Source of the DNA: Octopus bimaculoides | Lineage: Eukaryota | Length of the DNA stretch: 64,000 bases | Direction: 5' to 3' | Assembly (NCBI RefSeq): GCF_001194135.2 | Contig: NC_068987.1 | Location: 51,246,900-51,310,899 of the forward strand | Shown: positions 37,517 to 50,527 of the stretch, one piece after another | Position numbering within the stretch: the first letter of the stretch is position 1 | How the letters are laid out: each line of letters opens with the position of its first letter | Translations under genes and position numbers: made by a program | Notes under the pieces: generated by a model | The model's input: the letters and a program-made list of their open reading frames with translations, nothing else | The model's database searches: none | Told to the model about the DNA's origin: nothing

Positions 37517-38444
37517 NNNNNNNNNNNNNNNNNNNNNNNNNNNNNNNNNNNNNNNNNNNNNNNNNNNNNNNNNNNNNNNNNNNNNNNNNNNNNNNNNNNN
37601 NNNNNNNNNNNNNNNNNNNNNNNNNNNNNNNNNNNNNNNNNNNNNNNNNNNNNNNNNNNNNNNNNNNNNNNNNNNNNNNNNNNNNNNNNNNNNNNNNNNN
37701 NNNNNNNNNNNNNNNNNNNNNNNNNNNNNNNNNNNNNNNNNNNNNNNNNNNNNNNNNNNNNNNNNNNNNNNNNNNNNNNNNNNNNNNNNNNNNNNNNNNN
37801 NNNNNNNNNNNNNNNNNNNNNNNNNNNNNNNNNNNNNNNNNNNNNNNNNNNNNNNNNNNNNNNNNNNNNNNNNNNNNNNNNNNNNNNNNNNNNNNNNNNN
37901 NNNNNNNNNNNNNNNNNNNNNNNNNNNNNNNNNNNNNNNNNNNNNNNNNNNNNNNNNNNNNNNNNNNNNNNNNNNNNNNNNNNNNNNNNNNNNNNNNNNN
38001 NNNNNNNNNNNNNNNNNNNNNNNNNNNNNNNNNNNNNNNNNNNNNNNNNNATATATGTATATATATATATATACGAATATACAGAATGAGAACGAGAGAG
38101 AGAAAGGGAGCGAGGGAAGGAGGGAGAAAGAGAAAAAGAAAGAGAAAAAATGAACCCATTAATGCATAGCGTCCAGAAAAATGGACGCAGGAAAAATTAC
38201 TATTGCTTGTTAAGTAAACTACCAATTGAGCTTATTTTGGGGATAGTCTGACTATAAACTAGTGTTCTATGAGTTAATCGGCGCTGCGTGATTACAAACC
38301 AACTATACACACGTACGAAACATATAATAGTAATTTTTCCTGCGTCCGTTTTTCTGGAAGCTGTGCATTAATGAGTTAAAGACATAAGCAAAGGAAGACG
38401 TAGAAATAATGACAAAAACTGGGAGTTAGTATAATTTTAAATTT

Positions 38445-38640
38445 CGGATATTCTCTTATTTGCTTCAGTCATTTGACTGCCGTCATGCTGGAGCACTGCC
38501 TTGAAGGGCTTTAGTCAAACAAATCGAAGCAAGGACTTATTTTTAAAGCCTAGTACTTAATCTATCGGTCTCTTGCCAAACCCCTAAGTTATGGGTACTT
38601 AAACACACCAACACCGGTTGTCAAGCGTTGATGGAGGTGA
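38445..38640 (-). mobile_element. 3' half of SINE family 2
   Basis: Reverse complement contains GAGACCGATAGATTAAGTACTAGGCTT...GGCAGTGCTCCAGCATGACGGCAGTCAAATGACTGAAGC. Confidence 0.8.
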
Positions 38641-38789
38641 CAAACACAGGCAGAAAGAAACGCATACATAGATATATACATACATATATATCTATATCTA
38701 CATACATACATATACACAAGCAATATACCTCGGACACAATATGGCATATATCCACCTCCGCTATTTCAGCCTTTGCTGCGGCAACCATT

Positions 38790-39165
38790 TCCGGAAAATT
38801 CCCACAGGGATTACTTTACACGGATACTTACTACTGGAATGAAACTACACTCCAAGTACTGTTTTCTCTTTCTTTTTTCAGCGCATCACACTCACTCTCA
38901 CTTCATACTATAACTCTCCCCCTATGGATATAATAATCGATTCCTTTACTATTTCTGTCTCCGATGAAGGGAAGTACTGGATCTTCCCAGAAGCAGCTGT
39001 ACGACTCTATCCATAAAATATATTTCCAGCTTTACCATTGCTCTCTTTACCTTTTTATATATTTCTACATACACACGCTAAGACACGACTTATAATCCCC
39101 AATCATGTTCATACAACGACTGGAGCAAAACTAGTCTGTATACAGCACTTACTCGGTATTACCTG
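38790..39165 (+). mobile_element. Penelope-like pseudo-LTR repeat, same family as 23683-24260
   Basis: Collinear similarity to 23960-23700 (minus) and 24002-24256 (plus). Confidence 0.7.
38957..39005 (+). ncRNA. Minimal type I hammerhead-ribozyme-like motif
   Basis: GTCT-CCGATGA-A-GGGAAG[TACTGGAT]CTTCCC-A-GAAG-CAGCTG-TA-CGAC. Confidence 0.55.
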
Positions 39166-39247
39166 TATCTTTTTGGGTTTGGTTAAATCCAATACCCTCC
39201 TCAAACTTGTACATACATACACACATACACACACACACACATACAGA

Positions 39248-39297
<50 letters not shown>

Positions 39298-40051
39298 NNN
39301 NNNNNNNNNNNNNNNNNNNNNNNNNNNNNNNNNNNNNNNNNNNNNNNNNNNNNNNNNNNNNNNNNNNNNNNNNNNNNNNNNNNNNNNNAATATATGTGTG
39401 CGTGTATATATATAAAGTAATGAACTGAGGAAAAGTAATCCTTGAAAGGGGCGTATTAAACATCCAATTTACTAGTACGTCAGTTGAATACCATATAAAT
39501 ATTGGTATAATGAAATTATAAAGATAAATTAAATTTAGAGATACTATTGACAATCCAAAAATTCATTTATATTGTAATATTACATGATATACTTTGAATA
39601 TAATATATAGCATAACATAATATTATATAAAATAAACAATTATTAAAGAAAAACATAAAAATCCAACAAATTGTTTCGATTTATTATTACAATGCAGCCA
39701 TGCTTTTTCTGTGGTTTCAGAATTTTCTTTATGCTAGGCCACTGGTTTTAAATTGGTGTTGTATCCAATTTATCACTCTTATTATTTAAATTTTAATAAT
39801 TATGTTCTCTAACCGGAGACGGTTACTGCAGTGAATTATCATCAGCAGAATTGTTTCCGGTATATAGTGTTCCAGAACTGGGACTTTTGAAAATAACCCC
39901 AATGTAATCGGTAGAACTGTACACATGTCTAATGTGATGTGGACAACTCGGGTATTGTTCTACAAATTATATTGAATAGAACGGTTGTATCGATGAGCCT
40001 CGGATGGGTTATCACGAGTATCTTGTTAAATAACCTCCGTGAGCTTCGAAA

Positions 40052-40333
40052 CCTTCGTCACCAGATGTTGTAACGTAATTGTTACGTACAATAAATAAAA
40101 TAACCAAACAATAGTAAAAGTAATGTAACGAACTTACAAATCTCTTTACGAACCAACAATTAATATTCCTTCTAATCTAACTAACCAACACTTCCCAACT
40201 ACACTGCGAATTAACACGAAATCCATTTGACTCGGAACTCTGAACTCTTGAACTCACTCAGATCATTACTATTTATATTTGAGTCGGACCAATCTATCTC
40301 TCACAAGAGGACATCGTAACTCTCATCACGACA
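40052..40333 (-). mobile_element. LTR (40066-40333) with adjacent primer-binding site
   Basis: Termini TGTCGTGATG...CGTTACAACA (imperfect IR) and internal TATAAATAG. TGGTGACGAAG follows 2 nt after the LTR 3' end on the minus strand. Confidence 0.65.
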
Positions 40334-40910
40334 AATATTGAACCAAAATGGGTATCATTCTCTCCAGCAGCGTCATGTCATTCCATCTGGACGAGGCCGG
40401 TCGGTGATGATTTCGTGTTGATGCTAAATAACAATCCTAAACAGACTTCTAAGCTATGCAAAATCTATTTACAGAAGAAAATAGATGAAACAAAATTGAT
40501 TGTAAGGGAACGCTGCCCAATCTCCTGCTTACAATTCTATCAACATTGTGTGGGATTAACTGGATCACAGAGTCAAAAAGCGACAACCAAGTAGTGCAGA
40601 AACCCTCTGAACACGCTTACAACAGGAATAGCAGAATATAGCCAGAGAAAATTCGCTTTCATTGGTCGAACGAAAGCCCAGAGTATCCTCCACAGAGATC
40701 AATGCCAAGGGCGAATATTTAGATGAGTCTAAGATTCAGAGTTTTTCCTTGATTTTTCAGTTTTTTTTTAGTTGGGGAGGTAATTATGTCATTCAATGAA
40801 TGTAACTATACATTAATAAAATATTTCAGCAGAATCTCTCGGTTATTTCCATGTTGTAGATGCTATTTTCAGAATAACTTTAGGTGATCCTAAACTTTTG
40901 GATAGAAGTA
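40334..40910 (+). mobile_element. Tc1 transposase C-terminal half plus 3' TIR
   Basis: NQNGYHS..QRH.IPSG, AQSP..N.I..VWD.LD.RVK, AKGEYLDESKI; TIR-like GGTGATCCTAAACTTTTGGATAGAAGTA. Confidence 0.8.
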
Positions 40911-40944
40911 TACTCACACAGACACAGACACACACACAGACATA

Positions 40945-41007
<63 letters not shown>

Positions 41008-41027
41008 ACACACATACACACACACAT

Positions 41028-41395
41028 GGGCAGGCACGGCTGCGTTTTAAGAAGCTTGCCTACCAACCATATGTTTCTGGATTCAGTTCTTGTGCGTTGG
41101 ATCTTGGACAAGCGTCTGTGTTTGTCTCTTTCTTTGGCTTCGCACTGGCCAAAATCTTGTGGGTGGATTTGATAGAAGCCCGTTGTATATATAGCATATC
41201 ACCACCGATTGACAATCGGTCTTGGCATGTTTACATCCCCGTAACTTAGCGGTTCGCAAAAGGAACCGATTGAATAAATACCAGGCTTAACAGAAAAACA
41301 AAATGTACTGGAGTCGATTCATCCAATTAAAAATTGTTCAAGCTGGTACCCCAGTATGACCATGGTCTTACGACCGAAACAAGTATATGAGATAG
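41028..41395 (+). mobile_element. SINE family 2, near full length
   Basis: Head AAGAAGCTTGCCTACCAACCATATG and tail GGTACCCCAGTATGACC...GAAACAAGTA. Confidence 0.75.
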
Positions 41396-41470
41396 TAGAA
41401 GACACTTGTCGAGGGTCCAGGCAGTGGGACTGAACAGGGAACCATATGGTCGTGAACGAAACTTCTTATC
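41396..41470 (-). mobile_element. SINE family 2 head fragment
   Basis: Reverse complement ACCATATGGTTCCCTGTTCAGTCCCACTGCC...CAAGTGTCTTCTAC. Confidence 0.65.
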
Positions 41471-42569
41471 ACAGAAGGGGAGAGAGAGAGAGAGAGGGAC
41501 GGAGAGAGAGAAAGAGAGAGAAAGAGCGAGAGAGAAAGATAGAAAGAAAACAAGATTATAATAACATAAATGGTATAACTCCCCCCTTCGGTAATGTTCT
41601 CTTTATAACCCGACTTATACTAGAGCCAAATATTTCTTGTGTTATATATGACTATATGCCTCTGTATCTCCCATAATATCTTCATACGTGTGCCTGTGTC
41701 TGTGTATCAGTGAGTCTGTGTGTCTATGTCTGTATGTAACTATATATCTATATACATATACAATGTATGTAGGTATGAGTATGTATATATATATATATAT
41801 ATATATATNNNNNNNNNNNNNNNNNNNNNNNNNNNNNNNNNNNNNNNNNNNNNNNNNNNNNNNNNNNNNNNNNNNNNNNNNNNNNNNNNNNNNNNNNNNN
41901 NNNNNNNNNNNNNNNNNNNNNNNNNNNNNNNNNNNNNNNNNNNNNNNNNNNNNNNNNNNNNNNNNNNNNNNNNNNNNNNNNNNNNNNNNNNNNNNNNNNN
42001 NNNNNNNNNNNNNNNNNNNNNNNNNNNNNNNNNNNNNNNNNNNNNNNNNNNNNNNNNNNNNNNNNNNNNNNNNNNNNNNNNNNNNNNNNNNNNNNNNNNN
42101 NNNNNNNNNNNNNNNNNNNNNNNNNNNNNNNNNNNNNNNNNNNNNNNNNNNNNNNNNNNNNNNNNNNNNNNNNNNNNNNNNNNNNNNNNNNNNNNNNNNN
42201 NNNNNNNNNNNNNNNNNNNNNNNNNNNNNNNNNNNNNNNNNNNNNNNNNNNNNNNNNNNNNNNNNNNNNNNNNNNNNNNNNNNNNNNNNNNNNNNNNNNN
42301 NNNNNNNNNNNNNNNNNNNNNNNNNNNNNNNNNNNNNNNNNNNNNNNNNNNNNNNNNNNNNNNNNNNNNNNNNNNNNNNNNNNNNNNNNNNNNNNNNNNN
42401 NNNNNNNNNNNNNNNNNNNNNNNNNNNNNNNNNNNNNNNNNNNNNNNNNNNNNNNNNNNNNNNNNNNNNNNNNNNNNNNNNNNNNNNNNNNNNNNNNNNN
42501 NNNNNNNNNNNNNNNNNNNNNNNNNNNNNNNNNNNNNNNNNNNNNNNNNNNNNNNNNNNNNNNNNNNNN

Positions 42570-42659
<90 letters not shown>

Positions 42660-42700
42660 ACTACAACCACTTCTTTTACTATTGTTTACTGCTGCTGCTG

Positions 42701-42733
<33 letters not shown>

Positions 42734-43110
42734 ATGATAACTACAACATCACTAATAATAATAATAATAAGAAGAAGAAGAAGAAGAAGAAAAAGAAGGA
42801 GAAGAAGAAGAAGAAGAAGAAGAAGAAAAAGAAGAAGAAGAAGAAGGAGAAGAAGAAGAAGGAGAAGAAGAAGAAGAAGAAGAAGAAGAAGAAAAAGAAG
42901 AAGAAGGAGAAGAAGAAGAAGAAGAAGAAGAAGAAGAAGGAGAAGAAGAAGAAGGAGAAGAAGAAGAAGGAGAAGAAGAAGAAGGAGAAGAAGAAGAAGA
43001 AGAAAAAGAAGAAGAAGAAAAGAAGAAGAAGAAGAAAAAGAAGAAAAAGAAGAAGAAGAAGAAGAATAGCAACAACAACAACAACAACAACAACAATAAT
43101 AAAAATAATA
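42570..43110. repeat. Compound microsatellite (CTA, CTG, AAT, AAG/GAG, AAC)
   Basis: Directly visible; it explains the poly-K/R/L/S ORFs. Confidence 0.95.
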
Positions 43111-43588
43111 ATGATAATAACTGAATTGAATTGTCTTGTGGATTATTTTACAAATAACAATTGACGTAACAAATGTAAACGAAAAAATTCTCACCTCTCA
43201 ACGATGTAAAACACTCTTGTTCTTGCTAGAAGTAAATGGAAAGAAATAATGATACTCAGAAATGCGATATCTTCTCTAATTTCATATGTATTGCAGTCCC
43301 ATGCCGCAATCTTTCACGTAAATTGGCATGAATATCATAATATATACCTACTCCTTTATGCGACTTCATCTACGAGTACAACTTTTCTTTGTTATACCCC
43401 GTGGAGTATGACAATATAGAATTGCACTTAAATATTCAATGCAATGTTTGAGGTAAACCTATTCTCATATATTCTCTTTTACAGATATACACACCTCTTT
43501 AAATACTTACATATATATATATGACTAAATATAAGTTTATATATTTGTATATATGTATGTATGTATGTATGTATGTTTGTATGTATGC

Positions 43589-43634
<46 letters not shown>

Positions 43635-45169
43635 ATTGTCATAAAATAAGGATACAAATTACGTTAATGATAATTATCAGGTAGTCAGCATGGAAAAAAG
43701 CAATTTATAGCAAGTTATAAGCTGGTCGTCGTGTGAAGAATTTTAATCTGACTTTTTCGAATCTATACTTGCAAGTGTTTGTGTATAAACGTGCAAACTC
43801 GTTTTGTATGTATCAACAGTCGTTCGTATATTTTTTTTACATATATTGCGCTNNNNNNNNNNNNNNNNNNNNNNNNNNNNNNNNNNNNNNNNNNNNNNNN
43901 NNNNNNNNNNNNNNNNNNNNNNNNNNNNNNNNNNNNNNNNNNNNNNNNNNNNNNNNNNNNNNNNNNNNNNNNNNNNNNNNNNNNNNNNNNNNNNNNNNNN
44001 NNNNNNNNNNNNNNNNNNNNNNNNNNNNNNNNNNNNNNNNNNNNNNNNNNNNNNNNNNNNNNNNNNNNNNNNNNNNNNNNNNNNNNNNNNNNNNNNNNNN
44101 NNNNNNNNNNNNNNNNNNNNNNNNNNNNNNNNNNNNNNNNNNNNNNNNNNNNNNNNNNNNNNNNNNNNNNNNNNNNNNNNNNNNNNNNNNNNNNNNNNNN
44201 NNNNNNNNNNNNNNNNNNNNNNNNNNNNNNNNNNNNNNNNNNNNNNNNNNNNNNNNNNNNNNNNNNNNNNNNNNNNNNNNNNNNNNNNNNNNNNNNNNNN
44301 NNNNNNNNNNNNNNNNNNNNNNNNNNNNNNNNNNNNNNNNNNNNNNNNNNNNNNNNNNNNNNNNNNNNNNNNNNNNNNNNNNNNNNNNNNNNNNNNNNNN
44401 NNNNNNNNNNNNNNNNNNNNNNNNNNNNNNNNNATATATATATATATATATACTGGCAGAGAATACCACTTCAAAACTCGCACCTCCGATGAGCCATTCT
44501 GTAACTGTAGAAAATCTGCATCTCAATATTTCTGATCATGCATATAAAAATGTACCTTTTCAAGCAAATAATAATAGAAGAATACTAAGCATCAGTTAAT
44601 TAAAATTCTCGGCTCTCTGAATAATGTTACAGCATCTACCTAATAGATGGATGGTCCACATACTGCGCAAATTCGTTGCAGTAGTTACCAGCCAACCTTT
44701 TAAGTAGAAACACAAAGGGTGATTTGAAAATCTCAAAATAGGTTGCGTGGCGTAGAGTCCTGCGCTCGGATGGTAAGAATAGTTACATCGAGATAAAGTA
44801 GAAACTCTATCTGATGGATAGTTATGCGGGGAGAAGCATTGCCAAAACAGGCTAAATATTAACGATGACGCTGTTGACAATAAGTACAATGTTAACCATA
44901 ATAATAATACTTATTTCTAATTTGTGGCACAAGGTCAGTAATTCTACATACATGAAGCTATAGACACACTGAAACACACATATACAAATGCACACACACA
45001 TACGTACACTCACACACACATAGTACACTCACACACACATACGTACACTCTCACACACATATTTGACATCTGACTGTTCAAAGAACACTTCAAAAGAAGT
45101 AACTAGAAGCAAATTCTCTTGCAAATGGACAAGCTCTGCCATCGTAGTGTCAACAAGTACCTGTAGAAA

Positions 45170-45500
45170 AGGGCTTTATTTCACAACGACATTGATGTTG
45201 ACATGGTTGATACATTAGGGAATGACACTCCAGCTTTATCAACAGTGCAAAAGTTGTCAATTGAATTTAGGAGGGTAAGGAAGAAGACCCAAGCTCTAGA
45301 AATCCTGGAAGTCCCACCATCAAGGAAAACAATGATCGTGCTCACAACTTGGAGATAGATAATAGGCAATTGACTATAAATAAAGTAGCCAATTCTATTA
45401 GAGAGTTGAAAATATTCTGTTCGGCGGTGCCTTCTGACACCTGATCAAAAGTACACTAGGCTGATTACATCACGGGAATATCTGACATTGCTTTAAAGAG
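45170..45500 (+). mobile_element. Mariner transposase N-terminal remnant
   Basis: DMVDTLGNDTPALSTVQK...EFRR, DNRQLTI, LLTPDQKYTRL. Confidence 0.7.
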
Positions 45501-46144
45501 ATGCAGTGGTTAAATAAATGTACCGCCTCTAATAATCAGTGGGTTTTTTTATGGTTATATACTCCTCATGTAATATATATATATATATANNNNNNNNNNN
45601 NNNNNNNNNNNNNNNNNNNNNNNNNNNNNNNNNNNNNNNNNNNNNNNNNNNNNNNNNNNNNNNNNNNNNNNNNNNNNNNNNNNNNNNNNNNNNNNNNNNN
45701 NNNNNNNNNNNNNNNNNNNNNNNNNNNNNNNNNNNNNNNNNNNNNNNNNNNNNNNNNNNNNNNNNNNNNNNNNNNNNNNNNNNNNNNNNNNNNNNNNNNN
45801 NNNNNNNNNNNNNNNNNNNNNNNNNNNNNNNNNNNNNNNNNNNNNNNNNNNNNNNNNNNNNNNNNNNNNNNNNNNNNNNNNNNNNNNNNNNNNNNNNNNN
45901 NNNNNNNNNNNNNNNNNNNNNNNNNNNNNNNNNNNNNNNNNNNNNNNNNNNNNNNNNNNNNNNNNNNNNNNNNNNNNNNNNNNNNNNNNNNNNNNNNNNN
46001 NNNNNNNNNNNNNNNNNNNNNNNNNNNNNNNNNNNNNNNNNNNNNNNNNNNNNNNNNNNNNNNNNNNNNNNNNNNNNNTATATATATATATGTTGTTGTA
46101 CTTGGGGATGGTCATATTGCCAGTTTAGCCAATAAGAACACACG

Positions 46145-46183
<39 letters not shown>

Positions 46184-46220
46184 TGTGCGTATGTATGTGT
46201 AAGCGTATATATATATATAA

Positions 46221-46250
46221 GCGTGGATGTGTGGTAAGAAGCTAGCTTCC
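46221..46250 (+). mobile_element. SINE family 2 head truncated at the Tx1-like insertion
   Basis: GCGTGGATGTGTGGTAAGAAGCTAGCTTCC followed by GGTT. Confidence 0.8.
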
Positions 46251-47236
46251 GGTTTGTTGACTGTTCCAACGGTTTCTTTGTGTGAAACGCGTGTTTTGGC
46301 TGTCTTGCAGCGGTAGTGTTTGACGTCTTCCCTATTGTTTGATGAAGGAACGCCGTAGATGTGTAATGGAATACGAAGGTTTGAGTTCTGCTTCTTCAGA
46401 CTTTATGTCGTCTGAAGAAGAGTTGGTTAAATGTTTGAAGAGAATAGGCGAAGCAATGGAGATAAAGAATTCTACAGAGGCGGCGTAAGTAAAGAGCGAC
46501 GACCTGTGTCTGGAGGAATAGAGGAAATTTAAAGAAATGCTTAAAATGGAGGGGAACGAAGTGAAAGTGCCCCCACCCCACCCACAAAGAAGGGAAAGCA
46601 AGAAGAAAAAAACAATTTACAGGACGTACTCAGTAGCCACCAAGAAAATTGAAGTCATGTTGACCGCTGAAGTTGGATAGGCACTTAAACCAATCTGGCA
46701 AAGGATTTCCTACCTTGACAGAGGAAGAAAGTTTGGAACAGTGGTCGCAGTTCTGGGAGATAGCTACCGCCAGGCTGCACTCAGCAACACCACTAAAAGC
46801 AGACGAAGTGGTGCTGCTACCTGTATACCTTCCAGAGTTAGGGTAGAAGACATACCCCTAGAAGTGGATGTAGCCTGGCTGGTGGCTGCCATACTGCTAA
46901 GCATGGAGGAAAGGGTAGTGGTCCTTCAGGCCACCAGAACACCCCACAAGAACTGGTAAGGGCAGTTCTTAGACATGACAGTAGAGATGGGACCGGAAGA
47001 CATTGAAAATATGGTCGAGACCATCGCGGTCGGAGAGGTAACACACAGATTTAGAGTAGAAGTAAAGATCCAGCGGTGCTATAAATATGGTCTGAAAGGC
47101 CACATTAGAACGGACTGTCCTCCACCACCCATGAAGGATAAAGAGAAACACGAGAGCGAGAAGGAAATAGCGACTTCACCGACGAAAACCAGCACCAGCT
47201 TCGAGGAGGAGAAAGTGAACGAGGAAAGAAACTGTT
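46251..47236 (+). mobile_element. Tx1-like type B element, 5' UTR plus ORF1, 3'-truncated
   Basis: IYRTYSVATKKIE, RVRVEDIPLEVDVAWLVAAI, RCYKYGLKGHIRTDC; homologous to 30300-31170. Confidence 0.8.
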
Positions 47237-47239
47237 AAA

Positions 47240-47700
47240 TGTTAATTATTTAGATGTTAATTTTAGTTTAATAACAGGTAAATCCCAACCATTCCATAAA
47301 ATTAATGAAAACATTAGATATATGAATGCTAATAGTAATCATACGCCCTCAATTAAGAAATCGTTAACATATAATATAGGTAAGAGAATATCGTTACTTT
47401 CTTCTAATTTTGAGATTTTCCAAAAACACGCACCTTATTACCATGAAGCCCTTCGTGAGGCGGGATGTAGTAATAATATTAAATTTTTTAACAATTCGAA
47501 ATATAATTATGATATCAAAGATTAAAATATTATTAATACATTTATTTTCTATAATGATTAACATGACATTAAGAATTATAAGGTTTGCTTAGGTAATAAT
47601 GGTAAGAATAATACGTATTATGATAATAAAAAAACACAAACATAATTATAATGGACAAAATAATAACATTGAATTAATTCGTTTAATGATAATAATAAAT
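47240..47700 (+). mobile_element. Penelope-like element RT thumb/linker remnant
   Basis: PFHKINENIRYMNANSNHTPSIKKSL...KRISLLSSN...APYYHEALREAG matches the PLE motif Y....SNHPP.I...RIS.LS. Confidence 0.7.
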
Positions 47701-47764
47701 TTTATAATATAAATAATAAATATAATAATAGATAGAGAGGTGAGTTCTTAATTTTTGTATACGA

Positions 47765-48170
47765 TTGCCACAATCCATCACTAAGGTAAACATAGCTGAC
47801 GTACTCCATCACCAAGCCCAACTTAATGACAAAAAGCGCAACTCGAAAGTAACTTATTTATTGGTGCTTTGGACAATATTTCGGCATCCAGACAGACGAT
47901 ACAAAGAAAACAAGGACGAGTCATTCGAAATTTTCTTTCCTCAGTCGAGTTCCAGATTATCTTTGCAATTTCGGCTGGTTATACTCGAGATTGCTCCAAT
48001 CTAGCCAGCTCAAAGAAAAACTAAGCTAAGAGCATTAGATTCCTTGGAAGAAAGCAGCGGATGTATACGAAAACAAGGACAGAAAAAAAGGGAGAAATGT
48101 AACACAAATTCAAATGCAAATAACAGCACATAACAATAGGTGCCTTTCGAATAAGAACGAATTAAATTAA
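47765..48170 (+). pseudogene. Possible degenerate GIY-YIG endonuclease remnant (PLE)
   Basis: Loose match only (EH.IPWKKA..Y..KD.KK...I....N). Confidence 0.25.
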
Positions 48171-48281
48171 GCTGGCGTGTGTGGAAGTAAAGCCTTACGG
48201 CAGGGACATAAAATTTAACAGACTCAGGGAAGAACATACATGTTGCACGGATGGTAGGNNNNNNNNNNNNNNNNNNNNNNN

Positions 48282-48310
<29 letters not shown>

Positions 48311-48312
<2 letters not shown>

Positions 48313-48590
48313 CGTGGTTGTGCGATAAGGAGCTTGCTTCCCAATCACATAGTCCCGGATTTAGTACCTCTGTGTGGCACCTTGGGCAAGTCTCTTCTAC
48401 TATAGTCTCGGGGCGACTAAAGCGTTGTGCGTGGATTTGTTAGACAGAAACCGAAAGAAACCCGTCAAAATATACCGACAGAATAAAGTACCAAGCTTTA
48501 AAATGTATTGGGGCTGATTCTTCAACCAAAACCCTTCATGGCGACGCCGCACCTTGGCCGCAGTCCAGTGATTGAAATAAATAACAGAGA
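48311..48590 (+). mobile_element. SINE family 2 with uninterrupted head
   Basis: GCGTGGTTGTGCGATAAGGAGCTTGCTTCCCAATCACATAGTCC...CTTGGGCAAGTCTCTTCTACTATAG; shows the empty target site. Confidence 0.8.
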
Positions 48591-49405
48591 GGTGATATTT
48601 AAAATCATATAGAGTAACATGACTGAATAATCCAAGATATGTTATTCACTGATCAACCAGAGTTCTCCATATTCTATCGTTCTGTATGGCATTCATAAGA
48701 GGAAAAACAAATACAAAACTAACTTCATGATTACAGTCTGAAGAAAATCTCCTGCTATTAAGTTGATTTAACATAACAGTGCTGCCTCAACTCATGAACA
48801 AAGCTTCGTAGCCGTTCACACATCGTAGACATTCAGACATCGTAGACACATTCATTTTATTTTCACCTCATTATTATCCTGTTTAGTGAGTATATAATAT
48901 AGAAAAATTACTTCCATATCTCCGCTTTGTGAAAGTATATGGATGTCTATGAATATTTAAAAGCCATTAATCTGTAATATAAGCATGTATCACAATGTAC
49001 AACACACCTAATTAACAACATTTAATTTCTCAATGTCGTAGTTTATTTCATACACATGACTACTATTTGCCAACAATATATGTATAAACAATTATACAAG
49101 GTTTGTTTTGCCAAAATATTCGGTTAGGTTATATTATGCATAGATGTATACTAGAGAAATGTGATCTTCTTTCACTGACTCCTTGGCAATGCAGCATAGT
49201 TACTGAAACATTCTTAGTGTAGCAGTATTGGCATTACGATTTAGATTTTCTTCTGTATAACTGGTGCGTATTTGTAAATCTGTAGTGAGGTGTACGGACG
49301 CATGAAATTGTCACTGAATTTTCCAAAGTCGTTTTCTTTTCTGATCATCTTTCAATCTTTCATGATTACGCAAACATGCGCGCGCACACACAGATATACA
49401 TATAC

Positions 49406-49453
<48 letters not shown>

Positions 49454-49789
49454 TAATATCCAAACTTCGAAACCATGCGATCTCGTCTTCTATCACACAT
49501 CGTGGCTACTTGGTGAAGTGTCTTTCCGATAAAATCGAGTTCACAACAAGATTGTGAGTGAAAATTATAACTCGGAATCTGTATACATACCTATCGGCTT
49601 GAGTTGTCTATTAAGCCTTTGGACAATCTGTGTCACGCTAATTCTGCGTATTATGCTACGGCACTGTTATATGTGTACATGAATGTATGTGTGTGTAAGT
49701 GTTTGTGCACACTCTCAAACAGTGAACGGTATTGAATCGAGAAAGTAGTTGCTTCTGTAGCACACTTAGATGCTCATACGTTAAAACCG

Positions 49790-50365
49790 CTGATTACGTC
49801 ATATTTGTGTGGAAGACATTACACATGTGAGAAGCAGCCTGCCAAAAATCTCTTCCAGAAGCTACCTCTCAATGCGACCTGACGTCATCGCAAAACAATA
49901 TACAGTGCTATTCCGATAAAAGACTCTCCTGGAATAAATATAGAGAATCTCCTTGTTATTGAATATATACACAAATATCAACACAAGGAATACAAGTAGA
50001 ACATCCTCATCAAAACATCTGTGAAGTGTAGAGACAACAGGCTGGATATTATTGTTTGGGACTGACAAGAAAAGGTACGTACTCTCATGCAGGTTAGCTC
50101 TATAGCTGATGTGAATTTCTCTTTGGAAATCAAAGTGAAAGAGGATAGCTAAGGACTACAGCTGCGAAACCTTTAGCTTCTACATACAGATTATAAATTC
50201 ACATAATTATTGGTGCACTTGGTTTTGTGAATAAATGCTTAAGTGAGAATCTGAGTACGCCAGTGTTTTCGGGAAAGGAATCAACCAAAAAACACACATT
50301 ACCATCACAATCTTTAAATGGAACAGTACAAATATGCAAGACCTTTTTTGTTATATACATTCCAA
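49790..50365 (+). mobile_element. R4/NeSL-type RLE retrotransposon 3' portion
   Basis: EDITH...PKISSR.YL.MR.DVIAK, DNRLDIIVWD, IIGALGFV..CL..NL, GTVQICKTF; same family as 36565-37255. Confidence 0.8.
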
Positions 50366-50476
50366 CGATGTGTATGTTTCTTAGAAGTCATCTCCTTTAT
50401 CAGTGAAAGAATTTATATAATTAAGAATAGAAGAGAACATACATATATACATGCATGCGTACAAACGTACATACAC

Positions 50477-50527
<51 letters not shown>

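Noticed and set aside
41642-43194. Long ORFs in the track spanning N-gaps and AAG/CTA repeats (also 23093-25330, 34799-38225, 43733-46269, 51141-56272)
   Set aside because: Artefacts of N runs and microsatellites, not coding evidence.
44596-44889. 97-aa minus-strand ORF in relatively GC-rich unique sequence
   Set aside because: No recognisable motif, and its phase does not fit the candidate exon chain.
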